Origin: Bacillota bacterium
GTDB lineage: Bacteria; Bacillota; Sulfobacillia; DUSP01; JBFMCS01
Assembly: GCA_040754315.1 (NCBI GenBank)
Contig: JBFMCS010000004.1
Span: forward strand, 7,390-71,389
Direction: 5' to 3'
Length of the DNA stretch: 64,000 bases
Positions 45,432 through 55,153 of this stretch are shown here, piece by piece. Position numbers and translations under genes: made by a program. The notes beneath the pieces are model-generated. The model did no database searches and was not told the DNA's origin. It worked only from the letters and a program-made list of their open reading frames with translations. Position 1 is the stretch's first letter. The number at the start of each line of letters is the position of its first letter.

Positions 45432-47054
45432 TTGTCGAAGGATAGGTTAGAGGGACGGGATCTCAAGGCCATAGTGTGCGCGGCGGCCGAGGTCCTAAAG
45501 AGGCAGAAGGCTACTGTGGACGCGTTAAATGTGTTTCCCGTCCCTGATGGTGACACTGGGACCAACATGTCACTCACACTGGCTTCAGCCTGTTCGGAGT
45601 CCCAGAAGGGCATGGATGGCCCCCTGGGGGAGGTGGCGGGTCGAGTCGCCCTTGGATCCCTTATGGGTGCTCGCGGCAACTCCGGCGTAATCCTGTCCCA
45701 GATCTTCCGGGGCATGGCCCGGAGCCTAAACGGCAAGACCTGCGCAAGCCCCCTGGAAACAGCACGGGCCATGGAGGAAGGGGTCCGCACAGCCTACAAG
45801 GCTGTCATGAAGCCTGTGGAGGGCACCATCCTGACGGTGGCAAAGGAGGCGGCAAGGGCCGCCATGGAGGCTGCCAGGGATGGCCAGGACCTGGTGAGGG
45901 TGTGGCGGGCTGCCCTGGAGGCGGCCGAGGTTGCTTTGGAGAACACGCCTAGCCTCTTGCCAGTCCTGAGACAGGCCGGCGTGGTGGACGCTGGTGGCAA
46001 GGGCCTGGTCTTTTTCCTGTCCGCCGGCCTTGAAAGCCTATTAGGCGAGAGCCGCTCGTGGGTGGAGCCGGCTCCGGAGAGGGCCGATTTCCATGCCATT
46101 GATGCGGAGGCAGCCCTGACCTACCCCTATGATGTGCAGCTCTTGGTGCACGGGGAGCACTTACCTGTGGACAGGATGAGGGCTATCCTGGAAGGCATGG
46201 GGGATTCCCTTTTGGTGGTGGGAGGCGGTGAGATTTCCAGGGTCCACATCCACACTGCCAACCCCGGCCGGGTTCTGGATGCCTGCTTGGAGTTCGGGGA
46301 GATATCCTGCGTCGAGATGGAGAACATGCGCCTGCAGTACCAGGCAGCCAAGGCCGGGTGTCCTGCCATCATGCCGGAACCCGAGCCGGAGGACAACAAG
46401 GAACTGGGCGTTGTGGCGGTGGCTGTGGGTGAAGGGATCATAGAGGTTTTTAGGAGCCTTGGCGCCGACAGTGTCATTGACGGTGGGCAGACGATGAACC
46501 CCAGCACTGAACAGCTGGCCCGGGCTGTCGAGGGGTGTTCTGCCCAGAGTGTCATCCTCCTTCCCAACAACCCCAATGTGATCCTAGGTGCGGAGCAGGC
46601 CAGGGTTCTTACGGGCAAGGAGGTGCACGTGCTCCCCACCAGGAGTCTCCCGCAGGGGATGGCCGCCCTGCTGGCCCTCCGCTGTGACCGGGAGGTCAAA
46701 ACAAACCTCATGCACATGGAAAGGGCGTTTCGCTCGGTCAAAACCGGGGAGGTAACATACGCAGTGCGAGACATGAGCTCCGAACACTTCAGCGTCAAGT
46801 CGGGAGACGCGATAGGTATATCCGAAGGGCGAATCCTGTCTGTCGGAGAAACCCCCGGGGACGTACTGGCGGAACTGGTGGAAGCCCTGGTATCCCCTGA
46901 GGATGAGGTCATAAGTGTGTTCTACGGCGAGATGGTGGACCCTGGTGTTGCGGCCGGCATCGCGACGCGCCTGGCAGATGCCTTCCCCGGGCGCGAGGTG
47001 GAAATGAAGTATGGAGGGCAGCCCCTGCACTACTACATAGTCTCGGTGGAGTGA
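45432..47054 (+). CDS. DAK2-domain protein (YloV/FakA-like fatty-acid kinase component)
   Basis: It has the N-terminal Dak2 domain (DGDTGTNM) and a C-terminal FakA_C-like region. Confidence 0.85.
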   Translation: MSKDRLEGRDLKAIVCAAAEVLKRQKATVDALNVFPVPDGDTGTNMSLTLASACSESQKGMDGPLGEVAGRVALGSLMGARGNSGVILSQIFRGMARSLNGKTCASPLETARAMEEGVRTAYKAVMKPVEGTILTVAKEAARAAMEAARDGQDLVRVWRAALEAAEVALENTPSLLPVLRQAGVVDAGGKGLVFFLSAGLESLLGESRSWVEPAPERADFHAIDAEAALTYPYDVQLLVHGEHLPVDRMRAILEGMGDSLLVVGGGEISRVHIHTANPGRVLDACLEFGEISCVEMENMRLQYQAAKAGCPAIMPEPEPEDNKELGVVAVAVGEGIIEVFRSLGADSVIDGGQTMNPSTEQLARAVEGCSAQSVILLPNNPNVILGAEQARVLTGKEVHVLPTRSLPQGMAALLALRCDREVKTNLMHMERAFRSVKTGEVTYAVRDMSSEHFSVKSGDAIGISEGRILSVGETPGDVLAELVEALVSPEDEVISVFYGEMVDPGVAAGIATRLADAFPGREVEMKYGGQPLHYYIVSVE

Positions 47055-47317
47055 CCCCCCCCCAGGGAGACCTCAGGCTGCAGCGCTTATGGCGAGTGCC
47101 CTTCTGGTTTTGTGATCCTTCTGGATTATGTTGACTGCTCTTTGCCTGTGCGTGTCCAGCGGGATAGGGGCCAGAATGCAGGCCAGATGCGCCCTGAGAC
47201 GTAAAGGGGCTGTATAACATGGATTTCAATTGGCGGGCTATGTTGACATTGACTAATCTGGAACAGCCAAGCGCAACTGTTCCTGTGGTACAACTATACG
47301 AATAATTGACAGTATGA

Positions 47318-47345
47318 AAACTGGCCCCCGATTCATACTAGTTAC
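47318..47345 (+). promoter_or_regulatory. Putative forespore sigma-G-type promoter for the SASP gene (-35 GTATG, 17-18 nt spacer, -10 CATACTA)
   Basis: It matches the GHATR / CATxxTA sigma-G consensus. Its position is about 30 nt upstream of the SASP RBS. Confidence 0.3.
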
Positions 47346-47372
47346 AGGACGACAAAAGGGGGTGAAACACAA

Positions 47373-47615
47373 GTGGGACAGGGACAAAGGACGAACCGCG
47401 CGCTTGTCCCCCAGGCTACACAGGCACTTGAGAGCTTCAAGTATGAAGTGGCCAAAGACATTGGCCTGGCGTTGCCGCAAGGAGGTTACTGGGGCGATTA
47501 TCCCTCCAGGGATTGCGGGGCCATTGGTGGCCATATGGTGCGCCGGATGATTGAAATGGCCGAGAGGTCCCTTGTTGGAGCTGCACCCCAGGGCCAGAGA
47601 CCTGGCGGTCAGTAA
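47373..47615 (+). CDS. Alpha/beta-type small acid-soluble spore protein (SASP)
   Basis: It has LVPQATQALESFKYEVAKDIG and GGHMVRRMIEMAE, the two conserved SASP blocks. It starts with GTG after an AAGGGGGTG RBS. Confidence 0.8.
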   Translation: MGQGQRTNRALVPQATQALESFKYEVAKDIGLALPQGGYWGDYPSRDCGAIGGHMVRRMIEMAERSLVGAAPQGQRPGGQ

Positions 47616-47659
47616 CGTAACGGGCTGGAGAAAGCACCCCCTAAAAAGGGTGCTTTTTC

Positions 47660-48655
47660 TTACTGTATGTACCGGGCGAGGTCATCTGGCCCTATGCTGG
47701 GGTGCAAAGCCATGTTCAGTCCGCCCGAGACGACTCGGGAGACCTCATCTACCATAACGTCTACCTCTTTGGGAGTGACAACAAGGTCTCCCACAGAGGG
47801 GGACAGCACCTCATTCACCAGCCGTCGCTTGTCGTCGTGACCCATTTCCTGCAGGATCTGGTAGAACCCCACGGTGCCCTTGAGCTGGTTTACGAGGATG
47901 TCCACGGTGTCCGCGGCTATGGTGACAGCGGCCACCACAGTAGGAACCCCCAGGGCAACAACGGGTATGCCCAGGGACTTCGTGGTAATACCCTGGCGAC
48001 GATTGCCCACCCCGGACCCAGGCTGGATGCCTGTATCGGCCAGCTGGATGGTCGTCATGAGCCTCTCAACGCTCCTGGCGCACAGCGCGTCAACGCAAAG
48101 TACCAGGTCTGGCTTTACGCGGTCCACGACCCCTCGGACTATCTCGCTGGTCTCGATGCCGGTGAGACCCATGACGCCCGGTGCGAATGCTGAAACGGAT
48201 CGGAGGGTTCCCTTTAGCTCCGGGGGCACGTAGCCCTGAAGGTGCCTGGTCACCAGGACGTGGCTGATTACTTTGGGTCCGAGGGCATCGGGTGTGGCGT
48301 TCCAATTCCCCAAGCCAATGATGAGTACGGTGGTATGGGGCCCAAGGTTGCAAAGAGAGTCAAGTTCCTTGGCAAGTACGAATGAGACCTTCTCCTGTGC
48401 CAGCCTGTTCTTGTCCTGGATGCCGGGGGCCTCGATTGTGATGTAACGTCCTCTTTCTTTGCCCATTGCCCGCTCGGCTTCTTTGGTAGCCACCTGGACC
48501 CTGGTGACCTGGATGCCGTCTATGGGCTCTTGGATCACATTAACGCCAGGTATGTGTGGGCCCGCCTGGGCAGTGAGACGTTCCGTTTCCTCCAGGGCAA
48601 GATCTGTATAGACACTGAAGATGCTACCGGAAGAGGAAGACACGATTGAGCACAC
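47660..48655 (-). CDS. gpr: Germination protease (GPR endopeptidase)
   Basis: It has an N-terminal YTDLALEE region and GPR-family similarity throughout. It starts with GTG after a GGAGGT RBS. Confidence 0.85.
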   Translation of the reverse strand: MCSIVSSSSGSIFSVYTDLALEETERLTAQAGPHIPGVNVIQEPIDGIQVTRVQVATKEAERAMGKERGRYITIEAPGIQDKNRLAQEKVSFVLAKELDSLCNLGPHTTVLIIGLGNWNATPDALGPKVISHVLVTRHLQGYVPPELKGTLRSVSAFAPGVMGLTGIETSEIVRGVVDRVKPDLVLCVDALCARSVERLMTTIQLADTGIQPGSGVGNRRQGITTKSLGIPVVALGVPTVVAAVTIAADTVDILVNQLKGTVGFYQILQEMGHDDKRRLVNEVLSPSVGDLVVTPKEVDVMVDEVSRVVSGGLNMALHPSIGPDDLARYIQ

Positions 48656-48851
48656 CTCCGCGATCTAGATTATCCCCATGGCCCACGGGCTTATACAAGA
48701 AGCCCCTAAGGGAATGGCACAAATTTCCATGACGCGTGGTGAATAGGATCCAAGTTGGCATCTAATACTAGAAACGCAAACGGTAGGACGGTTCAAATTC
48801 CAATTTGAACCCTCCCCCATAGGCTCTTCCTCCGGTTTCTCCTCTCCCATC

Positions 48852-48881
48852 GCCTGGGTCTAGCCCAGGCGCCTTTTTTCG
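48852..48881 (+). terminator. Rho-independent-terminator-like element on the plus strand (gcctgggtctagcccaggc followed by gcctttttt) with no upstream plus-strand gene
   Basis: It has a GC stem plus a T6 run. A second perfect palindrome, ggttcaaattccaatttgaacc, lies at 48808-48829. Confidence 0.4.
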
Positions 48882-48947
48882 CCGGAGCCCGGCTAATGTA
48901 ACCTTTCGCCTTCTTCTGGTACAATTGGCGTAAGAGGGGGTAGGCTC

Positions 48948-49526
48948 GTGAGGATTACCGGTGGGAGTGCCAAGGGAACCAGGTTGAAGGCACCTCCTGG
49001 CAGGGGGACACGCCCCACCCCGGCCATGGTCAGGGAGGCCATCTTCGACATTCTCGGGGCCCAAGTGCCAGGAGGCGAGGTGCTGGACCTGTTCGCCGGG
49101 TCTGGCAGCCTGGGCATAGAGGCGCTCAGCCGGGGGGCATCCAGGGCTGTCTTCGTGGAGGAAAGCCCCCTTGCCTGTCGTATTATTAAGGAGAACCTGG
49201 AGTCAACGGGGTTTCGCCAGCGTGCCCGGGTGTTGGTAAGCGAGGTTAGCCGGGCGCTGAGGAAGGTTCTCAAGGGGACCCAGTTCGACCTGGTTTTTGT
49301 GGACCCACCCTACAATGCCGGGTCGGCCGTGGCCACCCTGGAGACCCTGGGTTCTCTCGAGCTGGTCAAGGCTCCCGGTAGCGTGGTGCTGGAGCATTCC
49401 GCCCGCGAAGTGCCGCCCGACGGTTTGGGGGGCTGGAGAAGGTGGAGGCACAGGAGATATGGTGACACCGGTATATCAATATACCGGTCCGAGGAAATGG
49501 GCTTGGTGGGGAGAGATGCTGATTGA
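48948..49526 (+). CDS. rsmD: 16S rRNA (guanine966-N2)-methyltransferase RsmD (YlbH)
   Basis: It has the LDLFAGSGSLGIEALSRGA and DPPY motifs. It starts with GTG. Confidence 0.85.
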   Translation: MRITGGSAKGTRLKAPPGRGTRPTPAMVREAIFDILGAQVPGGEVLDLFAGSGSLGIEALSRGASRAVFVEESPLACRIIKENLESTGFRQRARVLVSEVSRALRKVLKGTQFDLVFVDPPYNAGSAVATLETLGSLELVKAPGSVVLEHSAREVPPDGLGGWRRWRHRRYGDTGISIYRSEEMGLVGRDAD

Positions 49527-50005
49527 GATTAGCAGTATACCCAGGCAGTTTTGACCCGATCACCAACGGGCACCTGGACATAATCGAGAGAGCCAGCGTG
49601 CTTTTTGACTACCTGGTGGTGGCCGTTTTCCAGAACGCTGGCAAGAAGGCACTGTTCCCGCTAAAGGAAAGGGTGGCGATGCTCCAGGAATCCACGCAGC
49701 ACCTGGCAAACGTCAGAGTGGATTCCTCCCATGGACTCCTGTCCGAGTACGTCAAGAGCGTGGGCGCGGATGTGATCCTGAGGGCTTTGCGCGCGGCGTC
49801 GGACTTCGACTACGAATTCCAGCTGGCCCTGATGAACCGGAAACTGGACCCTGACGTGGAGACCATGTTCATGATGGCTACCGGGGAATGGTCGTTCCTC
49901 TCATCCAGCATTGTAAAGGAGGTTGCCTCCTTCGGGGGGTGCGTCAAGGGCTTGGTGCCATATTGCGTTGAACGGAGACTAGATCAGATATTCGGGCGGA
50001 GTTGA
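49523..50005 (+). CDS. coaD: Phosphopantetheine adenylyltransferase
   Basis: It has the YPGSFDPITNGHLDI (T/H-x-G-H) motif. It starts with TTG overlapping the rsmD stop. Confidence 0.9.
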   Translation: MRLAVYPGSFDPITNGHLDIIERASVLFDYLVVAVFQNAGKKALFPLKERVAMLQESTQHLANVRVDSSHGLLSEYVKSVGADVILRALRAASDFDYEFQLALMNRKLDPDVETMFMMATGEWSFLSSSIVKEVASFGGCVKGLVPYCVERRLDQIFGRS

Positions 50006-50024
50006 CAGGCAGGGGGGGCGGCAT

Positions 50025-50537
50025 GTGGATACTGACCTGATCGCCTTGTTGGACAGGCTGGAGGACTTGGTGAACAACAGCATGAGGGTGCCACTCACCG
50101 GGAAGGTGCTGGTGGACGAGGATGAGGTCTACGACCTGATTGACAGCGCCCGGGAACTAATACCGGAGGAGGTCAGGGAGGCCAAGTGGGTGGCCAGGGA
50201 GAGGGAGCGCCTCTTGGAGGACGCGCGGCAGGAGGCCCTGCGCATACTGGAGGACGCTCGGCAGGAGGCTGCCGCCACGCTGCAGGATGCGGAGGAGAGC
50301 ACCGCCCGGTTGGCCGATGAGAGCGCGATAATGGAGAAGGCCCGGCTGAAGTCGGAGGAGATCGTCAATCACGCCAGGGGGGTTGCCAGGGAAATCCACG
50401 AGGGGGCCCAGGGCTATGCCGCAGACCTCCTGGATAACCTCAACTCGTTCCTCATGAAGGCGCATGAAGCCATTGAAGAGGGCAGACGCCAGCTGGGCGT
50501 AAAGCCTGGTGATGATGCTCACGGCAAAGACGATTAG
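50025..50537 (+). CDS. Hypothetical coiled-coil protein (Glu/Arg-rich)
   Basis: The 170-aa ORF starts with GTG. It has heptad-like charged repeats and no recognisable catalytic motif. Confidence 0.4.
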   Translation: MDTDLIALLDRLEDLVNNSMRVPLTGKVLVDEDEVYDLIDSARELIPEEVREAKWVARERERLLEDARQEALRILEDARQEAAATLQDAEESTARLADESAIMEKARLKSEEIVNHARGVAREIHEGAQGYAADLLDNLNSFLMKAHEAIEEGRRQLGVKPGDDAHGKDD

Positions 50538-50605
50538 AGCGTTTCGCCAAGTGGAAAAGCGGGGCCCTGGAACCTTGCGGGTAAGCCTTAAGGGTTCCGG
50601 GGTTT

Positions 50606-51814
50606 TCACTTGGACCGGAAGCGGATTATCCTCAGGCCCCTCAAGGTCGAAAACCCCAGGCAGAAGATGAAGAGCCCTGCGGTGACCAAGAGGAACAGCA
50701 GGCCAGCCTCGCGGACGGTCTCCAGCCACGACACAGGAGCTACTCCCAGCCAGCGAGAGACCGGGAGGGACACGCCCAGGACGCCCCAGAGGATCCAAGT
50801 GTAGAGGGCTGCAAGGACAGCGTGAAACAACCGGGCCAGGATGTAGGGTTTGAGGTCAATACCGGTGCCCTGGACCATGGCGGCCACCTGGGCGTGGACC
50901 GAGAGCCCGCTCCAGGCGATGATGGCACTGGCTATCATGGCCCGGTCCATGAGGGGCGCCTGCGCCTGGCTGGCTGCCTGGGTGCCTATGGTAATCTCGA
51001 AAAACCCCTTGACCATCGCCTCGCACATGTCTGCATCAAGACCCAGGGGTACAAGGATATGGCCAAAAACACTGCCAAGGGCGCCCACGGCACCCGCCAG
51101 GGTGAGGATCCGGAGGACCACTGAGAACAGTATGATGAAGCCCCCTATGACCAGGAGGGTCTGTACGGAGTTCTTCACTGCGTCCCCCATGAGCTGGCCC
51201 AGGGGCCTGCCGTCCTTCTCCCGGGCGTCTCGCATTGCCCTGAGGGCCCTCAGGAGTAGCCAGCCCTTCCCCCTAGGGTTGGGGGTGCACTCCTCCATGG
51301 GCTTGTAGTACTTCAGCACAAGTCCCACACTGAGGCTGGACAGGTAGTGCGCGGCCATGATGCTACCGGAGAGCCCAGGCAGCCCGAACATTCCAACGGC
51401 CACTGCCCCTGACATAAAGAGGGGATCGGCAGTGTTCGTGAAACTTACCAGGCGCTCAGCCTCGTACTTGTTGCACAGCCCCTGCCGCCGGATCCTGGCG
51501 GTGAGAACCGAGCCGATGGGGTACCCAGATGCCAATCCCATGGCCATCACGAAGGAGCCGGTGCCGGGCACGTTGAAGAGAGGCCTCATGAGGGGCTCCA
51601 GGAGCACCCCCATGAAGTGGACTACCCCGAGCCCCATGAGGATCTCTGCCCCTATGAAGAAGGGGAGGAGCGCCGGGAACACGATGTCCCACCACACCTT
51701 TAGACCCTCCGTAGCCGACCGGAACGCGGGTTCAGGGTAGAGCACCATGAAGACAGTCAAGGCGAGGGCGAGGGCCGCAGGCATGTACACGCTGCCAGGG
51801 TTTAGCCGTCCCAA
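50606..51814 (-). CDS. ylbJ: Sporulation integral membrane protein YlbJ
   Basis: It is multi-TM with YlbJ-family similarity and sits at the conserved position opposite coaD. Confidence 0.85.
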   Translation of the reverse strand: MGRLNPGSVYMPAALALALTVFMVLYPEPAFRSATEGLKVWWDIVFPALLPFFIGAEILMGLGVVHFMGVLLEPLMRPLFNVPGTGSFVMAMGLASGYPIGSVLTARIRRQGLCNKYEAERLVSFTNTADPLFMSGAVAVGMFGLPGLSGSIMAAHYLSSLSVGLVLKYYKPMEECTPNPRGKGWLLLRALRAMRDAREKDGRPLGQLMGDAVKNSVQTLLVIGGFIILFSVVLRILTLAGAVGALGSVFGHILVPLGLDADMCEAMVKGFFEITIGTQAASQAQAPLMDRAMIASAIIAWSGLSVHAQVAAMVQGTGIDLKPYILARLFHAVLAALYTWILWGVLGVSLPVSRWLGVAPVSWLETVREAGLLFLLVTAGLFIFCLGFSTLRGLRIIRFRSK

Positions 51815-51984
51815 GTCCGTACCCCCTAGGAATGTAGTGCGGCCTCGTGTTCCCGGTATACGGCGGGGCTTTCCATGAGCGCCTGCTACAGTACCGGGAT
51901 GCTAAGACCCAATTACATGATATGGCGGGGTTCCGGGGATATAACCCGCGCGGGGAGAGGGCCGGGTTTTTGCAGGTAAAAGCC

Positions 51985-52015
51985 CCGGGGTGGTGCCCGG
52001 GGCCTTTGAGGGGTT
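51985..52015 (-). terminator. Terminator hairpin (gccccgggg tggtg ccccggggc) followed by a T-run on the minus strand, downstream of the dehydrogenase gene
   Basis: It has a perfect 9-bp stem. On the minus strand it is followed by ttttacctgcaaaaa. Confidence 0.4.
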
Positions 52016-52026
52016 CCGGAAGGGAA

Positions 52027-53178
52027 TCAGCCCTGGGCTTCGCCCAGGCGCCTGAGGGCATTTACCACAGCGTTCCCCATCTCTGAGGTAGAGGCACTTC
52101 CCCCAAGGTCTCTGGTGCGCACTATTCCCTCCTCCAGGACGGAGACTACCGCCCTTTCCAGGAGGTCTGCCCAGGTGTCCTCGCCCAGGTCTTCAAGAAG
52201 GAGCTGCCCCGATAGGATGGTGGCCAGGGGATTAATGATCCCTTGCCCCTTGTACTTTGGAGCGGAGCCGTGGATAGGTTCAAACATGGATACACCGTTG
52301 GGGTTGATGTTCCCCCCGGGCGCCAGGCCCAAGCCCCCCTGGATCATGGCCCCGAGGTCCGTTATGATGTCCCCGAACATGTTGGGGGTGATCACCACCT
52401 GGAATTGTTCGGGGTTCTTCACAAGCCACATTGTCATGGCATCCACGTAGTTGAACTCGTAAGATATGGACTGGTATTCCGAGGATACGTCCTGGAACAC
52501 CTCCCTCCAGAGGCCGTAGATGTCCGAGAGCACGTTGGCCTTGTCCACCGATGTGACCCTGTCCAGGCCCTTGCGCTGGGCAAGCTGGAAGCCATAGCGA
52601 ATGACCCGCTCTGCCCCTGCCCGGCTGATGAGGCCGATCTGGTAGGCGTAGTCCCCGGCTACATCCGACTCAAAGGCCACGTTGAAGGCGGCCCGGTAGT
52701 TGCTCCTGTCCACGGGTAACCGGGCGCTGCCAGCGGCCCCTCGAACCCTGTCCCCGATGCCTATGTAGAAGTCCTCAGTGTTCTCCCTGATCACGTAGAA
52801 GTTGATGTCACCGGGGCCCTTGTCCCTGAGGGGGGTGGGCACGTTAGGGTAGAGTTTTACAGGGCGGAGGTTGATGTACTGGTCAAGCCCAAACCTGAGA
52901 TTCAGGAGCATGCCGCCCTCCAGCACCCCGGGCTTTACCCTGGGGTCGCCTATGGCACCCAGGAGGATGGCATCGAAGCCGCCGAGCTCGTGGATGATGC
53001 CCGGAGGCAGGATTTCCTTGGTCTTCAGGTAGTGCTCCGCACCGAAGGGGTAGTGGGTCCACCTGAAGGTGATGGAGGCCATGGGTGCGATGGTCTCGAG
53101 GACCTTGAGGGCCTCCGTCACGATCTCGGGTCCCACGCCGTCTCCAGGAATGACCGCTATGTTGTATTCCTTACCCAA
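52027..53178 (-). CDS. Isocitrate/isopropylmalate-dehydrogenase-family NAD(P)-dependent beta-decarboxylating dehydrogenase (tartrate/3-IPM dehydrogenase-like)
   Basis: It has the IPGDGVGPEI N-terminus, a substrate/metal-binding Asp cluster, and the GSAPKYKGQ-like NAD site. It starts with TTG after a GAGAGGAG RBS. Confidence 0.8.
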   Translation of the reverse strand: MGKEYNIAVIPGDGVGPEIVTEALKVLETIAPMASITFRWTHYPFGAEHYLKTKEILPPGIIHELGGFDAILLGAIGDPRVKPGVLEGGMLLNLRFGLDQYINLRPVKLYPNVPTPLRDKGPGDINFYVIRENTEDFYIGIGDRVRGAAGSARLPVDRSNYRAAFNVAFESDVAGDYAYQIGLISRAGAERVIRYGFQLAQRKGLDRVTSVDKANVLSDIYGLWREVFQDVSSEYQSISYEFNYVDAMTMWLVKNPEQFQVVITPNMFGDIITDLGAMIQGGLGLAPGGNINPNGVSMFEPIHGSAPKYKGQGIINPLATILSGQLLLEDLGEDTWADLLERAVVSVLEEGIVRTRDLGGSASTSEMGNAVVNALRRLGEAQG

Positions 53179-53339
53179 GTCCAGGTTCTCCTCTCGCTCC
53201 CCTAACGGGGTTCGTTAATGTGACGGATAACCTTCTACACAGGCTGCCCAGGTTCCTCTTGTCGTAGACCTAGGTTCCGGGTGAGCGACAGGAGGATTCC
53301 GGTGCCGGGCGGAGAAGGAATGGACTGACAAACCCATAC

Positions 53340-53556
53340 TCTCCGAGCCTGCCTCTCCTAAGGGGTCATCTACGGGAGACAGGCCGTGCCAGCCCCATGG
53401 CTGGCAAACGGTAGGCTGGGAAACCTGCCTGCCCCCCATCGTGGAAAGGAGGCGTCTCTATGAGGAGAAGGCCAGGATCCGGAGCGGTGGTTCTGGCCGA
53501 TCGCGTTTTTTCGGGAAGGATGTCCGGGCAGACCATGGTGAAAGGAGAAGACCATT
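53340..53556 (+). promoter_or_regulatory. Structured leader upstream of tupA with a terminator-like hairpin and U-run (ggccag...ctggcc gatcgcg ttttttc). It is a candidate Moco/Wco-type riboswitch or attenuator, with class unassigned.
   Basis: The GC-rich leader and hairpin plus T6 lie about 40 nt before the tupA RBS. Tungstate/molybdate transporter genes are often controlled by Moco-family riboswitches. Confidence 0.2.
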
Positions 53557-54414
53557 TTGAAAGCGATTAGATCAGTGGCCCTTCTGTTAGTACTGCTCAT
53601 GATGCTGAACCTGGTGGGCTGCGGCAGTCCCCAGGTGACGGAGGAACCCTCTACAGAAGACCCGGCGCAGCCAGAGGCTGTCGAGGTGACGTCGTTTATC
53701 CTGGCGACCACCACCAGCACTCTAGACACTGGCCTTCTTGATGTGCTCAACGCCGCCTTTGAGGAGGAATTCCCGCAGTACCAGGTGAAAGCCATTGCGG
53801 TGGGGACAGGGGAGGCCCTGAAGATGGGCGAGCGCAAGGAGGCGGATGTGGTCCTGGTACATTCGCGGGCGGCTGAGGACAAGTTCGTCGAGGCCGGTTA
53901 TGGTTTTGACCGGCGGGATGTGATGTATAACGACTACGTCTTGGTAGGGCCCGGAGAGGATCCCGCAGGGATAAAGGGGATGGACTCCGCGGAGGCCTTC
54001 AAGACCATCGCGGCCCAAGGGGCTGTCTTCTTGTCCAGAGGGGACGACTCCGGCACCCACAAGAAGGAGATGTCCATCTGGTCCAAGGCCGGGGTAGAGC
54101 CAGGCGGGCAGTGGTATTTCGTCTCAGGGCAGGGGATGGGGGCCACCCTCCAGATAGCTGACGAGAAACGAGGGTACACCCTCTCGGACCGCGGCACCTT
54201 CCTGGCCAGTTCCAATCTGGGCCTTGTGGTCCTGGTGGAAAAGGAGCCGGCTCTCCTGAATCCCTACGGGGTGATCCAGGTCACAGGGGCCAAGAATGCT
54301 GAGGGAGCCCTGGCATACGCGGGCTTCATCACCTCTCCCGCGGGCCAGGCCATAATCGCCGAGTTCGGTAAGGACAAGTACGGGCAGCCCCTGTTCTTCC
54401 CGGACGCAGAGTAG
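53557..54414 (+). CDS. tupA: Tungstate ABC transporter substrate-binding lipoprotein
   Basis: It has a lipobox (LVGC) and the TupA-family TTTSTxDTGLLD motif. It starts with TTG after an AAAGGAGAAG RBS. Confidence 0.8.
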   Translation: MKAIRSVALLLVLLMMLNLVGCGSPQVTEEPSTEDPAQPEAVEVTSFILATTTSTLDTGLLDVLNAAFEEEFPQYQVKAIAVGTGEALKMGERKEADVVLVHSRAAEDKFVEAGYGFDRRDVMYNDYVLVGPGEDPAGIKGMDSAEAFKTIAAQGAVFLSRGDDSGTHKKEMSIWSKAGVEPGGQWYFVSGQGMGATLQIADEKRGYTLSDRGTFLASSNLGLVVLVEKEPALLNPYGVIQVTGAKNAEGALAYAGFITSPAGQAIIAEFGKDKYGQPLFFPDAE

Positions 54415-54433
54415 CTGTAGCAGGAGGTTACCG

Positions 54434-55153
54434 ATGGACCTGTTGTGGCAGGGCTTTAAAGAGGCAATAAGATTAGTGATGACCCTGGACCCGGAGGTAA
54501 TGGGGGTTACCCTCCTTTCCCTGAGGGTGTCCGGGCTGGCTACCCTCATCTCCCTGGTGCTGGGAATGCCCCTGGGGGTCTTCCTGGCCCTCAGGGAGTT
54601 CAGGGGGCGGCACCTGGCGCTGGGCGCCGTTAACACCGGCATGGGGCTTCCCCCTGTGGTGGTTGGGCTCTTCGTTGTGCTCTTCCTTTGGAGGAGTGGC
54701 CCCCTGGGTTTTCTGGAGCTCCTCTACACGCCCACGGCTATGGTCATCGCCCAGGTGGTTATCGCCTTTCCCATTGTAGCAGGCCTTACCGCCGCCGCCA
54801 TACAGCAGCTGGATCCCCGCATTGGGCTCCAGGCCAAGGCCCTGGGGGCCTCGGGATTCCAGACAGTCATGACCCTGGTCATGGAGGCGCGCCTACCACT
54901 CTTGGCCGCTGTCATGGCCGGCTTTGGGGGGGTGATCTCAGAGGTTGGGGCGGTGATGATGGTAGGGGGCAACCTGAAGGGAATAACCAGGGTACTCACC
55001 ACCGCCACGGTGATGGAGGTGAGGATGGGCCGTTTTGCCACGGCTATCGCTCTCGGGCTCATCCTACTGGGATTGACCTTCGCGGTGAACCTGGGCCTCA
55101 CCATGCTGCAACAGGGAAGGAGAAGGCAATGGAGCCACCGGCCATCAAGGTAA
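54434..55153 (+). CDS. tupB: Tungstate ABC transporter permease
   Basis: It has 5-6 TM helices and an EAA-like loop, and follows tupA. Confidence 0.8.
   Translation: MDLLWQGFKEAIRLVMTLDPEVMGVTLLSLRVSGLATLISLVLGMPLGVFLALREFRGRHLALGAVNTGMGLPPVVVGLFVVLFLWRSGPLGFLELLYTPTAMVIAQVVIAFPIVAGLTAAAIQQLDPRIGLQAKALGASGFQTVMTLVMEARLPLLAAVMAGFGGVISEVGAVMMVGGNLKGITRVLTTATVMEVRMGRFATAIALGLILLGLTFAVNLGLTMLQQGRRRQWSHRPSR

Noticed and set aside
48808-48829. A GGTTCAAATTCC tRNA T-loop-like sequence.
   Set aside because: It is a perfect palindrome, and no acceptor, D or anticodon arms can be formed around it, so it is not a tRNA.
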